From Rikenellaceae bacterium (lineage in GTDB: Bacteria; Bacteroidota; Bacteroidia; Bacteroidales; Rikenellaceae): 64,000 nt of DNA. Positions 29,972 through 40,892 of the stretch are shown here, one piece after another. Location of the stretch: positions 337-64,336 of the forward strand of contig JBCQUC010000004.1 of NCBI GenBank assembly GCA_047174275.1, in the 5' to 3' direction. The translations under genes were made by a program, and so were the position numbers. Numbering within the stretch: the first letter of the stretch is position 1; each line of letters starts with the position of its first letter. Under the pieces are notes generated by a model. It worked only from the letters and a program-made list of their open reading frames with translations. It did not search any database and was not told the origin of the DNA.

Positions 29972-31408
29972 TTACTCCTTTAACACTTTGTCTCTAGCAG
30001 CCTCGGGAATTGTGCTTTTGTAGAACTCCTTTAGCTTCTCGTGGTACTGTAGATATCCCATCATGCTACATGGAATATTACTCTCATTCCACTTGTCCCA
30101 TAGCGTTTTTAGCTCCTCAGCTCTCTTGATATCTTTTTTGCTGCGGTTGATAATATCGTTCTCCTCGCCCAAATCATCTGGTAGATAGTATTGCTCTGGT
30201 TTGCCATTGCCTTTTCCTAAAACCTGCTTTGTGCCATCAGAGCCAAGTACCGCCCAAACCGAACCACTGCGCCAGAATATCGCTTCGTGTGGAGCTCCCT
30301 TCTCTTCGCCTGTGACAAATGGGATCAGATTAACACCCTCCATTGCTGGAGCACTCTCTGCATCTGCCCCTGCAAGAGCAACCGCCGTGCGCGAGATATC
30401 GAGTGCATTGACTGGATAGTTATACTCGATGCCACCCTTTACTTTCGCTGGCCAACATAGAATATATGGTACATGGTGACCACCTTCGTATGTGCTACCC
30501 TTACCTGCTCTGTATGGAGTGTTGTCGGTGAAGCTCGATAGTTTACTATTGGCTTTCTCTTGAGGCCCACCGTTGTCGCTTGTGAAGAATATAATTGTAT
30601 TTTCGTATAGTCCGTTTCTCTTTAGTGCATCGACAACCGTTCCAATGCCGCGATCCATAACATCTACCATCGCTGCATATGTCCTCTTTCTTTTATCTTC
30701 GATATGCGAATATCTCTCAATATCCTCTTTCGGAGCTTGAAGAGGTGTGTGTGGTGCATTGTATGCTAGATACAGAAAGAATGGATTATCTTTGTTGTCC
30801 TCGACAAATCGAACGGCATCTTCGCTAAATGCTGTTGTGATATATCCATCGAATGTGGCAGGCTTCGTATTTCGGATTAACTCCTGCTCATACGCCTCCC
30901 ACACCCTTTTCGACTTATTAATGCTGAAGTAGTCGTGTCCACCTCCCAAAAATCCATAGAAATAATCAAATCCTCTATTCATCGGGTTGTGTAGCTCCGT
31001 AGCTCCCAAATGCCACTTTCCAATGATACCAGTGGTGTAGCCAACCTCTTGGAGTCGTGCAGGGAATAATTTTTCATCTGTGCTGATTCCCATATATGGA
31101 TTGTCAGGGTCGTATGCAGGGTTGGTCTCAAATCCAAATCGCTGTTGGTAGCGTCCCGACATAAGCGCAGCGCGGCTAGGGCCAGAGAATGGGTGGTTGC
31201 AGTGTCCATTTGTGAATATAACTCCCGACTCAGCGAGTTTGTTGAGGTTTGGTGTCTGGATCGGAGTCTCTCCCGTAAAACCAACATCGTTATAGCCTAA
31301 GTCATCAGCTAGGATTACGATGATGTTTGGGCGTGTTTGATCTGCCGCTTGAGTGGCTTGTGTTGTTACGGCACACAGCGACCCCAATAGTAGTAGTCTT
31401 TTGTCCAT
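29972..31408 (-). CDS. Secreted Ser-type formylglycine sulfatase (S1 family)
   Basis: LADDLG, SGPSRAALMSGRY, GKWHLG, APHTP, SDNGG. Likely start MDKRLL at 31408; the track start at 31516 runs through a terminator. Confidence 0.9.
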   Translation of the reverse strand: MDKRLLLLGSLCAVTTQATQAADQTRPNIIVILADDLGYNDVGFTGETPIQTPNLNKLAESGVIFTNGHCNHPFSGPSRAALMSGRYQQRFGFETNPAYDPDNPYMGISTDEKLFPARLQEVGYTTGIIGKWHLGATELHNPMNRGFDYFYGFLGGGHDYFSINKSKRVWEAYEQELIRNTKPATFDGYITTAFSEDAVRFVEDNKDNPFFLYLAYNAPHTPLQAPKEDIERYSHIEDKRKRTYAAMVDVMDRGIGTVVDALKRNGLYENTIIFFTSDNGGPQEKANSKLSSFTDNTPYRAGKGSTYEGGHHVPYILCWPAKVKGGIEYNYPVNALDISRTAVALAGADAESAPAMEGVNLIPFVTGEEKGAPHEAIFWRSGSVWAVLGSDGTKQVLGKGNGKPEQYYLPDDLGEENDIINRSKKDIKRAEELKTLWDKWNESNIPCSMMGYLQYHEKLKEFYKSTIPEAARDKVLKE

Positions 31409-31472
31409 GGTATATTTGTTTAGGTTTTTAGCAAAAATAGTATAATATTCTCTTTTGTACAACTTATAGAGG

Positions 31473-31511
31473 CAAAAAAAAAGAGTGCCTCCAGAAAAAC
31501 TGGGGACACTC
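31473..31511 (-). terminator. Intrinsic terminator after rpsA
   Basis: GAGTGCCTCCAG-AAAAA-CTGGGGACACTC with an A-run on the + strand (U-tract on the mRNA). Confidence 0.75.
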
Positions 31512-31541
31512 CTCAAATATTTAGTTTCGAAAAAGTAGAGA

Positions 31542-33323
31542 CTACTTCTCGTTTCTCTCCATTGCAGCCTTCAACTCAGCAAGACCTGCGATATCACCAA
31601 GTGTAGTCTTCTCTACAGATGCGTTTAGCTTCTTAACAGCTGACTTAGCAACATCTGCTGCTGCACGCTTCTCAGCCATCTCAGCCTTAGCCTCACCACG
31701 CTTGATATCCTCAGCGATACGTGTGTGTGACAATGTGATACGCTTAGTAGCCTTAGAGAACTCGATCACCTTGAACCGCATCTTCTCACCTACAACTGGA
31801 GTTGTGTTATCCTCTTTAACAAGTTGGCGTGAAGGAGCAAATCCCTCTACATTCTCGCTCAAAGATACTACAGCACCCTTATCGTTGATCTCTGTGATTG
31901 TACCCTCTTGGATAGAGTTTACACCGAATTGGCTCTCGAACTCATTCCATGGGTTCTCCTCCAACTGCTTGTGACCCAAGCTCAAACGACGGTTGTCTTT
32001 GTCGATCTCAAGCACAACAACATCGATTGGAGCACCAACTGTTGTGAACTCACCTGGGTGCTTCACCTTCTTAGTCCAGCTCAAATCTGAGATGTGGATA
32101 AGACCGTCGATACCCTCCTCGATCTCAACGAATACACCGAAGTTTGTGAAGTTACGAACCTTTGAGTTGCACTTTGTACCAACTGGGTACTTAGCCTCGA
32201 TTCCGTCCCATGGATCTGGAGTCAACTGCTTGATACCAAGTGACATCTTGCGCTCCTCGCGATCAAGAGTCAAGATCACAGCCTCGATAGTGTCACCAAC
32301 CTTCATGAAGTCCTGAGCAGAACGTAGGTGTTGGCTCCAAGACATCTCAGATACGTGGATAAGACCCTCAACACCTGTTGCGATCTCAACGAATGCACCA
32401 TAGTCAGCCATTACAACCACGCGACCCTCAACCTTATCACCTACAGAAAGCTCTGCACTCAAAGCCTCCCATGGGTGTGGAGTAAGCTGCTTCAATCCAA
32501 GAGCGATACGCTTCTTAGCGTCATCGAAGTCAAGGATAACAACGTTGATCTTCTGATCCAAAGTAACGATCTCATCTGGATGGCTTACGCGACCCCATGA
32601 AAGATCTGTGATGTGGATAAGACCATCTACGCCACCAAGGTCGATAAATACACCATATGATGTGATGTTCTTAACTGTACCCTCAAGGATCTGTCCCTTC
32701 TCAAGCTTAGACATGATAATCTGCTTCTGGATCTCAAGCTCAGCCTCGATAAGAGCCTTGTGAGAAACAACAACATTGCGGAACTCCTGGTTGATCTTAA
32801 CAACCTTGAACTCCATAGTCTTATCTACATAGATATCGTAGTCGCGGATTGGCTTCACATCGATCTGAGAACCTGGCAAGAAAGCCTCTATTCCGAATAC
32901 ATCAACGATCATACCACCCTTAGTGCGGCACTTGATGTAACCCTTGATGATCTCGTCCTTCTCCAAAGCCTCGTTAACACGATCCCAAGATTTAAGCTGA
33001 CGAGCCTTCTTGTGAGATAGAGCAAGCTGACCGTTACGATCCTCTGCTGACTCCACATAAACCTCAACAACATCGCCTGCTGCGATCTCTGGGTTATAGC
33101 GGAACTCCGAGATTGAGATTACACCCTCACTCTTATAACCGATGTTGATAACAACCTCGCGCTTTGTTACTGTTGTTACTGTACCATCTACAACCTCGCC
33201 TACAGCGACATTAGAGAGGGTTTTGTCATACGCCTCAGCGATAGACTCTTTGCTCTGATCGTAAACTGCTGATTCGTTCTCGAATGCTGACCAGTCAAAA
33301 TTTTCGTTCTGTGTGTTTTCCAT
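31542..33323 (-). CDS. rpsA: 30S ribosomal protein S1
   Basis: Repeated S1 domains (YGVFIDLGGVDGLIHI..LSW). Confidence 0.97.
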   Translation of the reverse strand: MENTQNENFDWSAFENESAVYDQSKESIAEAYDKTLSNVAVGEVVDGTVTTVTKREVVINIGYKSEGVISISEFRYNPEIAAGDVVEVYVESAEDRNGQLALSHKKARQLKSWDRVNEALEKDEIIKGYIKCRTKGGMIVDVFGIEAFLPGSQIDVKPIRDYDIYVDKTMEFKVVKINQEFRNVVVSHKALIEAELEIQKQIIMSKLEKGQILEGTVKNITSYGVFIDLGGVDGLIHITDLSWGRVSHPDEIVTLDQKINVVILDFDDAKKRIALGLKQLTPHPWEALSAELSVGDKVEGRVVVMADYGAFVEIATGVEGLIHVSEMSWSQHLRSAQDFMKVGDTIEAVILTLDREERKMSLGIKQLTPDPWDGIEAKYPVGTKCNSKVRNFTNFGVFVEIEEGIDGLIHISDLSWTKKVKHPGEFTTVGAPIDVVVLEIDKDNRRLSLGHKQLEENPWNEFESQFGVNSIQEGTITEINDKGAVVSLSENVEGFAPSRQLVKEDNTTPVVGEKMRFKVIEFSKATKRITLSHTRIAEDIKRGEAKAEMAEKRAAADVAKSAVKKLNASVEKTTLGDIAGLAELKAAMERNEK

Positions 33324-33463
33324 TTGTGGAAATTTTTGCGATACAATCGCCCGTTAAATTTAGTTTTGTGACCCACCAAAAGATAAGTCGGGCGCAAATA
33401 TAGTGAATCTTTTGTTGATTCACAATACTTTGCGCCCTTTTTATATGGAATTTAGAAAGATTT

Positions 33464-33913
33464 TTAGATCAAAACCTTAACAATAGCCTTTTTTACAACT
33501 CCCTCGCCGATCATCGGTGCGTGACCATCCTCTGGCATCAATATCGTGAACTGACCAGGGACAATAGAGTATGTGCATTGGTGTGCATCGTTAAAGAACT
33601 GAACATCCTTCGCATCGTCGAACTCTCCAACAGGATCTGTAAGCACTGCGCGCTCTGTCCATCCGAACCTCTCCTCCTTACCAACAAGTAGGATCTGGAT
33701 ATCAGCATACTTATTGTGGATCTCCAACTTTGCATCCTCTGGCTTTTTGAGCTCTCGCTCCATGATGTTTACAAAGATCTCATCTCCATCGAGTGGATTT
33801 TTACCTACTGGCAAAGCCATAAGGTCAGTCTGAGCAAGTAGCTCAAATGCACGTTTCATACGTGGGCAGACTCCATAGTAGAGCTCTGCATTCTTCATTG
33901 AATCTAGTATCAT
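33464..33913 (-). CDS. YhcH/YjgK/YiaL-family protein
   Basis: MILD.., EIHNKYADIQ, F..D, PEDGHAP. Confidence 0.88.
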   Translation of the reverse strand: MILDSMKNAELYYGVCPRMKRAFELLAQTDLMALPVGKNPLDGDEIFVNIMERELKKPEDAKLEIHNKYADIQILLVGKEERFGWTERAVLTDPVGEFDDAKDVQFFNDAHQCTYSIVPGQFTILMPEDGHAPMIGEGVVKKAIVKVLI

Positions 33914-33938
33914 AACAGTTATTTTTAAGTGTGTTAGC

Positions 33939-35051
33939 CTATTTTTCTATCTTTATCTGTGTCATTATCGGTAGGTGATCCGAGAATAGGGTCTCTTTGT
34001 CGACCATATAGTTGTATGGTGTAATCCCCTCTCCAACCAATATATAATCTATTCGGAGTGTATTGTAGAACCCTCTAAAGGTGTATGAATATCCATTTCC
34101 ACTCTCTTGGAAGGCATCCTTTAACCCTCTTGACATAACATTGTATGTGTGAGACATCGGCGTATCGTTGAAATCTCCGCACACCACAACAGGGTATGGC
34201 GACTTAGATATCACCATCGTAATAGTATCAATCTGTTTGCTTCGCTCCTTTGAGCTATTGTTGAAACGAGATATCATATTGCGAAGTTTGTTGTTTCGAA
34301 GTGTATCCTTCACCAACTGCTTCGATGTTAGATAGTCATTATCTTCGGCACTGATAGTTGTAGAGTGGAGATGGCAGTTGAATACTCGTATTGTATCCTT
34401 TTGAATCACAATGTCAGCCCACATTGCACGCTTCATCTCCTCTTTTTTAGCGTCTTTAAATATATTTTCTTTTCTGATTATTGGATAGCGGCTATATATC
34501 GCAAGGGGTTTAAATTCAGCTTTATTGAGCTTGTTAAGGCTCTTTTTCATCTCTTTCGAGAACCTCTTAACAACATCGGTATACTCTTGAAAGCAGATTA
34601 TATCGGGCTTCTGCTCCTCTAGATATGGCGACATCTCATCTGCCCACTGTTTGTCATCATTGTAAAAGTTTCGAACATTATAGCTCATCACCGTTGGTAG
34701 CTTTTTATGGCTATCCAATCCATAATTTGTGGTGAAGTTCATATTGACAAATAGCGATATGCGATTCACTCCACACATAAGAATTATAACCATCGGTATT
34801 GCATATAGCCACTTCCACTTTATGATCCAAAATAGAGCTAGAATTAGATTGGCGATATATACCGCAGGGGCTATCAGTCCCAAAATGGGGAATATCCAAC
34901 TGACCGAAGGGTCAACTGTCGGTGCTATTAGAGTGAGTATAAGGGCGATAGATGCAATAATAGATACAATCAGCATTATGCTACTCGCTAAATATCTAAA
35001 AACTACCTTAATGAGTGAACGACCCTCTCCACTCTGTTTTGAACTTTTCAT
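33939..35051 (-). CDS. Endonuclease/exonuclease/phosphatase-family membrane protein
   Basis: N-terminal TMs; SYNV, DIICFQE, CGDFND, RIDYI, SDHLP. Confidence 0.88.
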   Translation of the reverse strand: MKSSKQSGEGRSLIKVVFRYLASSIMLIVSIIASIALILTLIAPTVDPSVSWIFPILGLIAPAVYIANLILALFWIIKWKWLYAIPMVIILMCGVNRISLFVNMNFTTNYGLDSHKKLPTVMSYNVRNFYNDDKQWADEMSPYLEEQKPDIICFQEYTDVVKRFSKEMKKSLNKLNKAEFKPLAIYSRYPIIRKENIFKDAKKEEMKRAMWADIVIQKDTIRVFNCHLHSTTISAEDNDYLTSKQLVKDTLRNNKLRNMISRFNNSSKERSKQIDTITMVISKSPYPVVVCGDFNDTPMSHTYNVMSRGLKDAFQESGNGYSYTFRGFYNTLRIDYILVGEGITPYNYMVDKETLFSDHLPIMTQIKIEK

Positions 35052-35063
35052 TACTCTCGTTTT

Positions 35064-35666
35064 TTAGTAGCGTATTTTGCCTTTGTATCTCCAATATGTA
35101 AGCAGGATAAAGCCCCATAACATTCCACCCAAGTGTGCGAAATGAGCCACATTATCCCCGATACTATTTCTCCAACCAAGATACAACTCCAATGCACCAT
35201 ACAACATCACAAAGTATTTGGCTTTAATCGGAATAGGTGGTATCAGCAGCATAATAACAGCATTTGGATGCAAAACGCCAAATGCAAGAAGAAGTCCAAA
35301 GACCGCTCCCGAAGCACCAACGGTGATAGAGAATGGATACAACATACCAAGAGCAACCTGCAACAGTCCAGCCCCAATACCACACACCATATAATAGGTG
35401 AGGAATCTACGAGATCCCAACTCATACTCTAGGGTGCGACCAAACATCCAGAGCGCAAACATATTAAAGAATAGATGAGAGAGGTCACCATGTAGAAACA
35501 TATAGGTGATTAACTGATATGGCATAAAATCCGAAGATTGAATGGTGTGTAGCCCTAAAAAGTATTTTAAAATAGGAAATAGAGTTCCAGCCATCAATCC
35601 CAAACAGTTTATAATTAGCAGATTGAGCACTGTCGGTGGTGCCATATTTCTAAATGAATTCATCAT
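35064..35666 (-). CDS. Rhomboid intramembrane serine protease
   Basis: FLHG..HL.FNM, GASGA, AHFAHLGG. Confidence 0.92.
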   Translation of the reverse strand: MMNSFRNMAPPTVLNLLIINCLGLMAGTLFPILKYFLGLHTIQSSDFMPYQLITYMFLHGDLSHLFFNMFALWMFGRTLEYELGSRRFLTYYMVCGIGAGLLQVALGMLYPFSITVGASGAVFGLLLAFGVLHPNAVIMLLIPPIPIKAKYFVMLYGALELYLGWRNSIGDNVAHFAHLGGMLWGFILLTYWRYKGKIRY

Positions 35667-35685
35667 AATTTTCTCTATGTTTTAT

Positions 35686-35895
35686 TATTAGTGTCCGATA
35701 AAACTTTTCTAGCAGTCCCGTTTGAGATACGAAATTGAAAATTTCGTCATCCTGAACTTGATTCAGGATCTCTGCGTTATCAACAAGTGTTTATTAATTA
35801 GTGCATTAATCTATAATATTATTATTTGCTGAGATCCTGAAACAAGTTCAGGATGACGTTCCTTGCGGAACGTATCTCAAGTGGGACTATTGGTA
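35686..35895. mobile_element. Family 1 element, copy E (right outer TIR absent)
   Basis: Left TIR, inner arms on both sides, REP doublet, 58-nt spacer. Confidence 0.8.
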
Positions 35896-35916
35896 AAAAC
35901 ATTCACTACTCTTTGA

Positions 35917-37905
35917 TTATCCTAAATGTTTTTTAATATCCTCTTTCGTTATTTGCCACATAATAGCCTTTCCACTTGGCGAAAGCCCTACATCTCCATC
36001 TGAAAGGAGCTGCAAAATCAACTCTTTTGCCTGTTGTGGTGATATATTGTGGTTTGCAGTCCCATGTGTGCTACTCTTCGCCATAATCTTGGCTACTCTG
36101 TCACGTCGTTGCTCCGCCAAATCCTCTGGAGTCGCCATTAGCTGCAACAGATCGTAGATCAAACGATCAACATTATCACTTGTTACATCTGCTGGTAACC
36201 CCTTTACACTGATAACCCCTTTTTTGATATAGTCTATATCGAGACCCAACATCGAAAACTCGATTGCATGCTCCTCCATAAGCGAGTACTCCTCGTTCGA
36301 GAGCCGAAGCTCAATTGGGAATAGTATCTGTTGACTTACACTCTCTCCATCCTTTAGTATTGTGATATAGTGGTTGTAGAGTAGTCGCTCCTTGGCGCGT
36401 CGTAGATCTATCACCGACATATTAGCACCAATCTTGCACCAAGCATAGCACCCTCCAACAACCGTTACATCCTGAATATCTGGAATCTCAACTACTGGTG
36501 GAGTCGTAGACTCTATCTCATCGTAGTTTGCAGTGTCAAATGGTAGTGGCTCGTATTCGGGCTCTTGTGTAACGCTCTCAACATTGCTTCCACTCTCAAT
36601 ATCGTAGAAGTTCTCCCAACTCGCATCGACGCTGTTTTTCAGAGCAGAGTATTTACCACCTCCGCCACCGCTCTTTCTCTTGGGCTCACTCCTTTGTGGA
36701 GTTGTGATAGGCTCATACTCTATAGCTCCCCTCTCGTCGTAGTTATCGATACGTTCTGCAAAGGTGCTTCGAGCAGCCTCACCCACCTCAAACTCAACCT
36801 CGAAAGGGTTGTAGCTGCTATTCGATACAGCTGTAGGTTCTGCATAGCTCACCCCTTTTTGAGCCACTGGGATCTCAATATCGCTACTGTTATCAAACTC
36901 CATAAGTGGCATCGCTCCAGTCTTTGCAAGTGACTCTCGAACCGCAGCGTTGAGGATCTGCCAAATAGCACTCTCATCCTCGAACTTCACCTCGGTCTTT
37001 TGAGGGTGAACATTTACATCCACCTTGTCGGGAGCGACCTCAAAGAATAGAAAGTAGGCAGGGTTAAGCCCCGGCACAATCAACTTCTCGTAGCCTCGCA
37101 TGATCGCTTTGTTGAGATACGACGATCGAAAGATACGCCCATTAACAAACATATATTGGTCACTCGAACTCTTTTTGGCAGCTGCTGGGCGACCGATATA
37201 TCCGCTGATCTTCACAATAACGGTCTCAGCGTGGATCTCCAACAGATTTTTTTTGATATTTCGACCTACAACATCTACAATTCGCCCAGCTGTCGAGCTA
37301 GGAGGAAGTTTATAGATCGGACTATCATCTGCATATAGCTCGAAACTTTTGTCGGGGTTGCTGATCGCAATACACCGAAACTCCTCCTTTATATGGTTTG
37401 AGCTCGTTGTCTCCTTCTCCAAGAATCTTTTGCGAGCAGGCAAGAAGTGAAATAGATTGCGCACACAAAACTGCGAACCCTTTTCACAAAGTATCGGTGT
37501 TTGATCCGAAAATCGTCCATTGTCGATAATAGTCAAAGTGCCCATTTCAGCATCCGAAGTACGCGATTTGAGCTCTACACGAGCCACCGCCGCAATCGAG
37601 GCAAGTGCCTCACCTCTAAATCCAAAGGTGTGCAGAGCATATAGATCCTCTGCCCTTTTGATCTTACTCGTTGCATGTCGATCAAACGACATTCGAGCAT
37701 CATTTGGTGACATTCCAACTCCGTTATCTACAATCTGGATAAGTTCGTGCCCCCCCTTGCGATAGTTAACTATCACCTCTGTAGATCCAGCGTCGATAGA
37801 GTTCTCCATCATCTCCTTAACTACAGACGCAGGGCGATTCACCACCTCTCCGGCGGCGATCTGATTTGCAATATTTTCGGGCAGTAGCCTTATCCTATCC
37901 TCCAT
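35917..37905 (-). CDS. mutL: DNA mismatch repair protein MutL
   Basis: NQIAAGEV, KEMMENSIDAG, DNGVG, HATSKI, GFRGEALAS, DVNVHP.K.EV. Confidence 0.96.
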   Translation of the reverse strand: MEDRIRLLPENIANQIAAGEVVNRPASVVKEMMENSIDAGSTEVIVNYRKGGHELIQIVDNGVGMSPNDARMSFDRHATSKIKRAEDLYALHTFGFRGEALASIAAVARVELKSRTSDAEMGTLTIIDNGRFSDQTPILCEKGSQFCVRNLFHFLPARKRFLEKETTSSNHIKEEFRCIAISNPDKSFELYADDSPIYKLPPSSTAGRIVDVVGRNIKKNLLEIHAETVIVKISGYIGRPAAAKKSSSDQYMFVNGRIFRSSYLNKAIMRGYEKLIVPGLNPAYFLFFEVAPDKVDVNVHPQKTEVKFEDESAIWQILNAAVRESLAKTGAMPLMEFDNSSDIEIPVAQKGVSYAEPTAVSNSSYNPFEVEFEVGEAARSTFAERIDNYDERGAIEYEPITTPQRSEPKRKSGGGGGKYSALKNSVDASWENFYDIESGSNVESVTQEPEYEPLPFDTANYDEIESTTPPVVEIPDIQDVTVVGGCYAWCKIGANMSVIDLRRAKERLLYNHYITILKDGESVSQQILFPIELRLSNEEYSLMEEHAIEFSMLGLDIDYIKKGVISVKGLPADVTSDNVDRLIYDLLQLMATPEDLAEQRRDRVAKIMAKSSTHGTANHNISPQQAKELILQLLSDGDVGLSPSGKAIMWQITKEDIKKHLG

Positions 37906-38325
37906 TTACTCCTCTTTTGTTGGGTCGTAGTCGTTTGGAACTATCGTGATCGGTGTGGTTGGGTTGAACTCCTCATACTCGTAGAGTGGTTGCTCCACCC
38001 TTGTCGATGACTCTTCGGAGAGTCCAAACATCTCGATTAATTTGTCGTACAGAAGAGTTCCCATATATGTAATGATTACAATCACTGCAATTGAGACCCA
38101 CATCTTTGCCGAATTATTTTTGCTCCTGCTAGCATTTCGAATGCTTCGAGCATCTCGTTGCCTGCGTATATATTGCCCTGGTTGATACTCCTCATTTTTG
38201 CTGTCGCGACGCTTACCAAACATCTCCTCGCGACGCTGTTCACGAGCCTCTTTCGAAGGGTCGTAGTAACGAGGTGTATATTTGAATGAATTAGCTCTGC
38301 GCTTAAAAGGTGTGAAGGCTCCCAT
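37906..38325 (-). CDS. Hypothetical single-TM protein
   Basis: Fills the dnaJ-mutL gap exactly; F.Y.PRYYDP basic N-terminus, one TM. Confidence 0.7.
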   Translation of the reverse strand: MGAFTPFKRRANSFKYTPRYYDPSKEAREQRREEMFGKRRDSKNEEYQPGQYIRRQRDARSIRNASRSKNNSAKMWVSIAVIVIITYMGTLLYDKLIEMFGLSEESSTRVEQPLYEYEEFNPTTPITIVPNDYDPTKEE

Positions 38326-38355
38326 GGCTTTTAATGTTTTATGAAGTTTAATACT

Positions 38356-39528
38356 CTACCGAAAGAAGTTCTTCATTCTCTCGAATATGTTTTGGTTCTT
38401 CACCGACTCAGCTCTCTCGAACGATGGTAGTTTATCGAGCTTCTCGACCAACTTACGCTCCTCCGAAGAGAGGCTATTTGGAATGGTGATATCAACCACA
38501 ACCAAGATATCTCCGCGTCCATAACCATTCACATCTGGAAGTCCCTTGCCACTCAGACGAAGCACCTTGCCTGCGTGTGTACCTGGAGCGATCTTGATCT
38601 TCGCACGTCCATCAATCGTTGGGATCTCGACCGTGCCACCTAGTATCGCCATTGTAACGGTGATGTTGAGGTTGTGGATCAGATCATTTCCATCGCGAAT
38701 CAACTCTGGATTTGTCTCCTCCTCGATAACTACCTGCAAATCACCATTAATACCACCATGAACAGCGGCATTTCCCTTGCCCGAAACTTTGAGAGCCATA
38801 CCCTCACCAACTCCAGCTGGGATCCTCACCTCTATAATCTCTTCGCCCTTGATTGCTCCATTCCCCGAACACTTATCACACTTCTCGGTAATAATCTTAC
38901 CTGTACCATTACAAGTTGGGCAGACACCTTGAGTCTGAATACGTCCGAAGAATGAGTTCTCGACACGCATCACATATCCCGAACCGTTACATGTGTGGCA
39001 AGTTGCATATGATGATGAATCCTTAGCACCTGTACCGCCACACTTATCGCAGGCGATCATCTTCGAGATCTTGAGCTTCTTGGTAACACCCTCCGAGATC
39101 TCTTGAAGGGTAAGTTTCACCTTTACGCGAATATCACTTCCGCGGTTGACTCTCTGCCCACCGCGTGTATATCCACCTCGACTGCCACCGCCTCCAGCAA
39201 AGTGACCTCCGAAGATATCACCAAACTGTGAGAAGATATCATCCATCGAGAAGCCGCCACCACTGTAGCCGCCATATCCGCCACCGCCACTAGCAGCACC
39301 GCCCATTCCAGCGTGTCCGAATTGGTCGTAACGAGCGCGCTTCTGGTCGTCCGATAGTACATCATACGCCTCAGCAGCCTCTTTAAATTTCTCCTCAGCC
39401 GTCTTGTCGTCTGGGTTTTTGTCTGGGTGGAACTTAATCGCAGCCTTGCGATATGCCTTTTTGATCTCGTCGGCGTTTGCACTCTTCGCAACGCCTAAGA
39501 CCTCATAGTAATCTCTCTTTTCAGCCAT
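38356..39528 (-). CDS. dnaJ: Chaperone DnaJ
   Basis: J-domain HPD, G/F region, four CxxCxGxG repeats. Confidence 0.97.
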   Translation of the reverse strand: MAEKRDYYEVLGVAKSANADEIKKAYRKAAIKFHPDKNPDDKTAEEKFKEAAEAYDVLSDDQKRARYDQFGHAGMGGAASGGGGYGGYSGGGFSMDDIFSQFGDIFGGHFAGGGGSRGGYTRGGQRVNRGSDIRVKVKLTLQEISEGVTKKLKISKMIACDKCGGTGAKDSSSYATCHTCNGSGYVMRVENSFFGRIQTQGVCPTCNGTGKIITEKCDKCSGNGAIKGEEIIEVRIPAGVGEGMALKVSGKGNAAVHGGINGDLQVVIEEETNPELIRDGNDLIHNLNITVTMAILGGTVEIPTIDGRAKIKIAPGTHAGKVLRLSGKGLPDVNGYGRGDILVVVDITIPNSLSSEERKLVEKLDKLPSFERAESVKNQNIFERMKNFFR

Positions 39529-39532
39529 CTTC

Positions 39533-40114
39533 TTACTCTCCTACAACAACTTTCGCAAAGCGAAGAACCTTCTCGCCCATTTTGTAACCGCTCTGCACCA
39601 CATCAATAATAGTATCTTTTTTCTCCTCGCCAGCTGCAAAACGTGCCACAGCCTCATGAAGATCTGTGTCGAGAGGTAGTCCAATAGCCTCGATCTCAAC
39701 CACTCCGCGAGCCTTCAATGTGTCGGTTAGCTTCTGAGAGATCAACTCAACACCCTCGCGTAGAGTTACAATATCGTCGCTTTTTTGCATTGCACCGACA
39801 GCACGCTGCATATCATCAACCACAGGGAGGAATGCCTTAACAACATCTGATCCACCGCTCTGCACCAAATCCATCTTCTCTTTGAGTGTGCGTTTGCGGT
39901 AGTTGTCGAACTCAGCTTGTAGGCGAATATAACGATCTTTCCAGTCGATATTCTCCTCCTTTGGAGCTGCACTCTCCTCTGCCATTGTGTCACCCTCCGC
40001 GCTCTCCTCTGCCATTGTGTCAGCCGTTGTCTCGTCTGATGTTGGATTCTCTGGAGTCTCGTTGTTGATTTGCTCTTCGTTAAGTTCTTGATCTTGAATC
40101 TTTTGCGTTGTCAT
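39533..40114 (-). CDS. grpE: Nucleotide exchange factor GrpE
   Basis: [29 protein letters not shown]. Confidence 0.95.
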   Translation of the reverse strand: MTTQKIQDQELNEEQINNETPENPTSDETTADTMAEESAEGDTMAEESAAPKEENIDWKDRYIRLQAEFDNYRKRTLKEKMDLVQSGGSDVVKAFLPVVDDMQRAVGAMQKSDDIVTLREGVELISQKLTDTLKARGVVEIEAIGLPLDTDLHEAVARFAAGEEKKDTIIDVVQSGYKMGEKVLRFAKVVVGE

Positions 40115-40180
40115 ATATATCTGTTTTGTATTTTTTTCTTATTATATTTGCAAATTATGCGCCAAATTTACCTCTGTCAT

Positions 40181-40891
40181 CTATCCAATGATAAAAATCG
40201 TCGGTTTTTTATTCATATCTGGCTTTTGAGTAGCTCTCCACTCCTTCACACTCTTGGTTGCGATACTCTCCGCTGGGTCGGTAATATCTATAGCGATGGT
40301 CAGTTTTGTCAATGGAGCAAGCACCGTAAGTAGCTGATCGAAGAGCTTGATATTTCGATATGGAGCCTCGATAAATAGCTGCGATTGTCGCTCCATTTGA
40401 GCTCTCTTCTCGAAGCCTCTAATTGCACGACTCCGCTCAGGCTCTTTGATCGGAAGATACCCATTGAAGGCAAACGACTGCCCATTGAGCCCCGAAGCCA
40501 TCATAGCCATTATGATCGAAGAGGGCCCAACCAAAGGGACAACTTTAACCCCTTTTCGGTGGCAAGCCTCGACAACAAGAGCTCCAGGGTCGGCAACAGC
40601 AGGCACTCCAGCCTCGGAGATCACACCAGCCGAACGCCCCTTAACAATGATATCGACCATCGCCTCAATCTCCTGTGCAGAGGTGGTATGTTCACTTAGC
40701 TCGCGAAACTCCAGAGAGTCTATCGGACGCTCAATCTTCGCCTTTGACAGAAAACGACGAGCCGAACGAAGATTCTCGACGATGAAGTAGTCCAACGAGT
40801 CGATCACCGCTTTATTCGCCGCTGGAGTCACATCGTAGACCGCTGTCTGCTCACTTATTGGGCAGGGTATTAAATATAATGTTCCTTTCAT
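40181..40891 (-). CDS. RsmI-like SAM-dependent methyltransferase
   Basis: ISEAGVPAVADPG, VVPLVGPSS, F.F.GYLP, IEAPYRN. Confidence 0.85.
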   Translation of the reverse strand: MKGTLYLIPCPISEQTAVYDVTPAANKAVIDSLDYFIVENLRSARRFLSKAKIERPIDSLEFRELSEHTTSAQEIEAMVDIIVKGRSAGVISEAGVPAVADPGALVVEACHRKGVKVVPLVGPSSIIMAMMASGLNGQSFAFNGYLPIKEPERSRAIRGFEKRAQMERQSQLFIEAPYRNIKLFDQLLTVLAPLTKLTIAIDITDPAESIATKSVKEWRATQKPDMNKKPTIFIIG

Positions 40892-40892
40892 T

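Noticed and set aside
40115-40180. CIRCE operator upstream of grpE-dnaJ
   Set aside because: No TTAGCACTC-N9-GAGTGCTAA inverted repeat found
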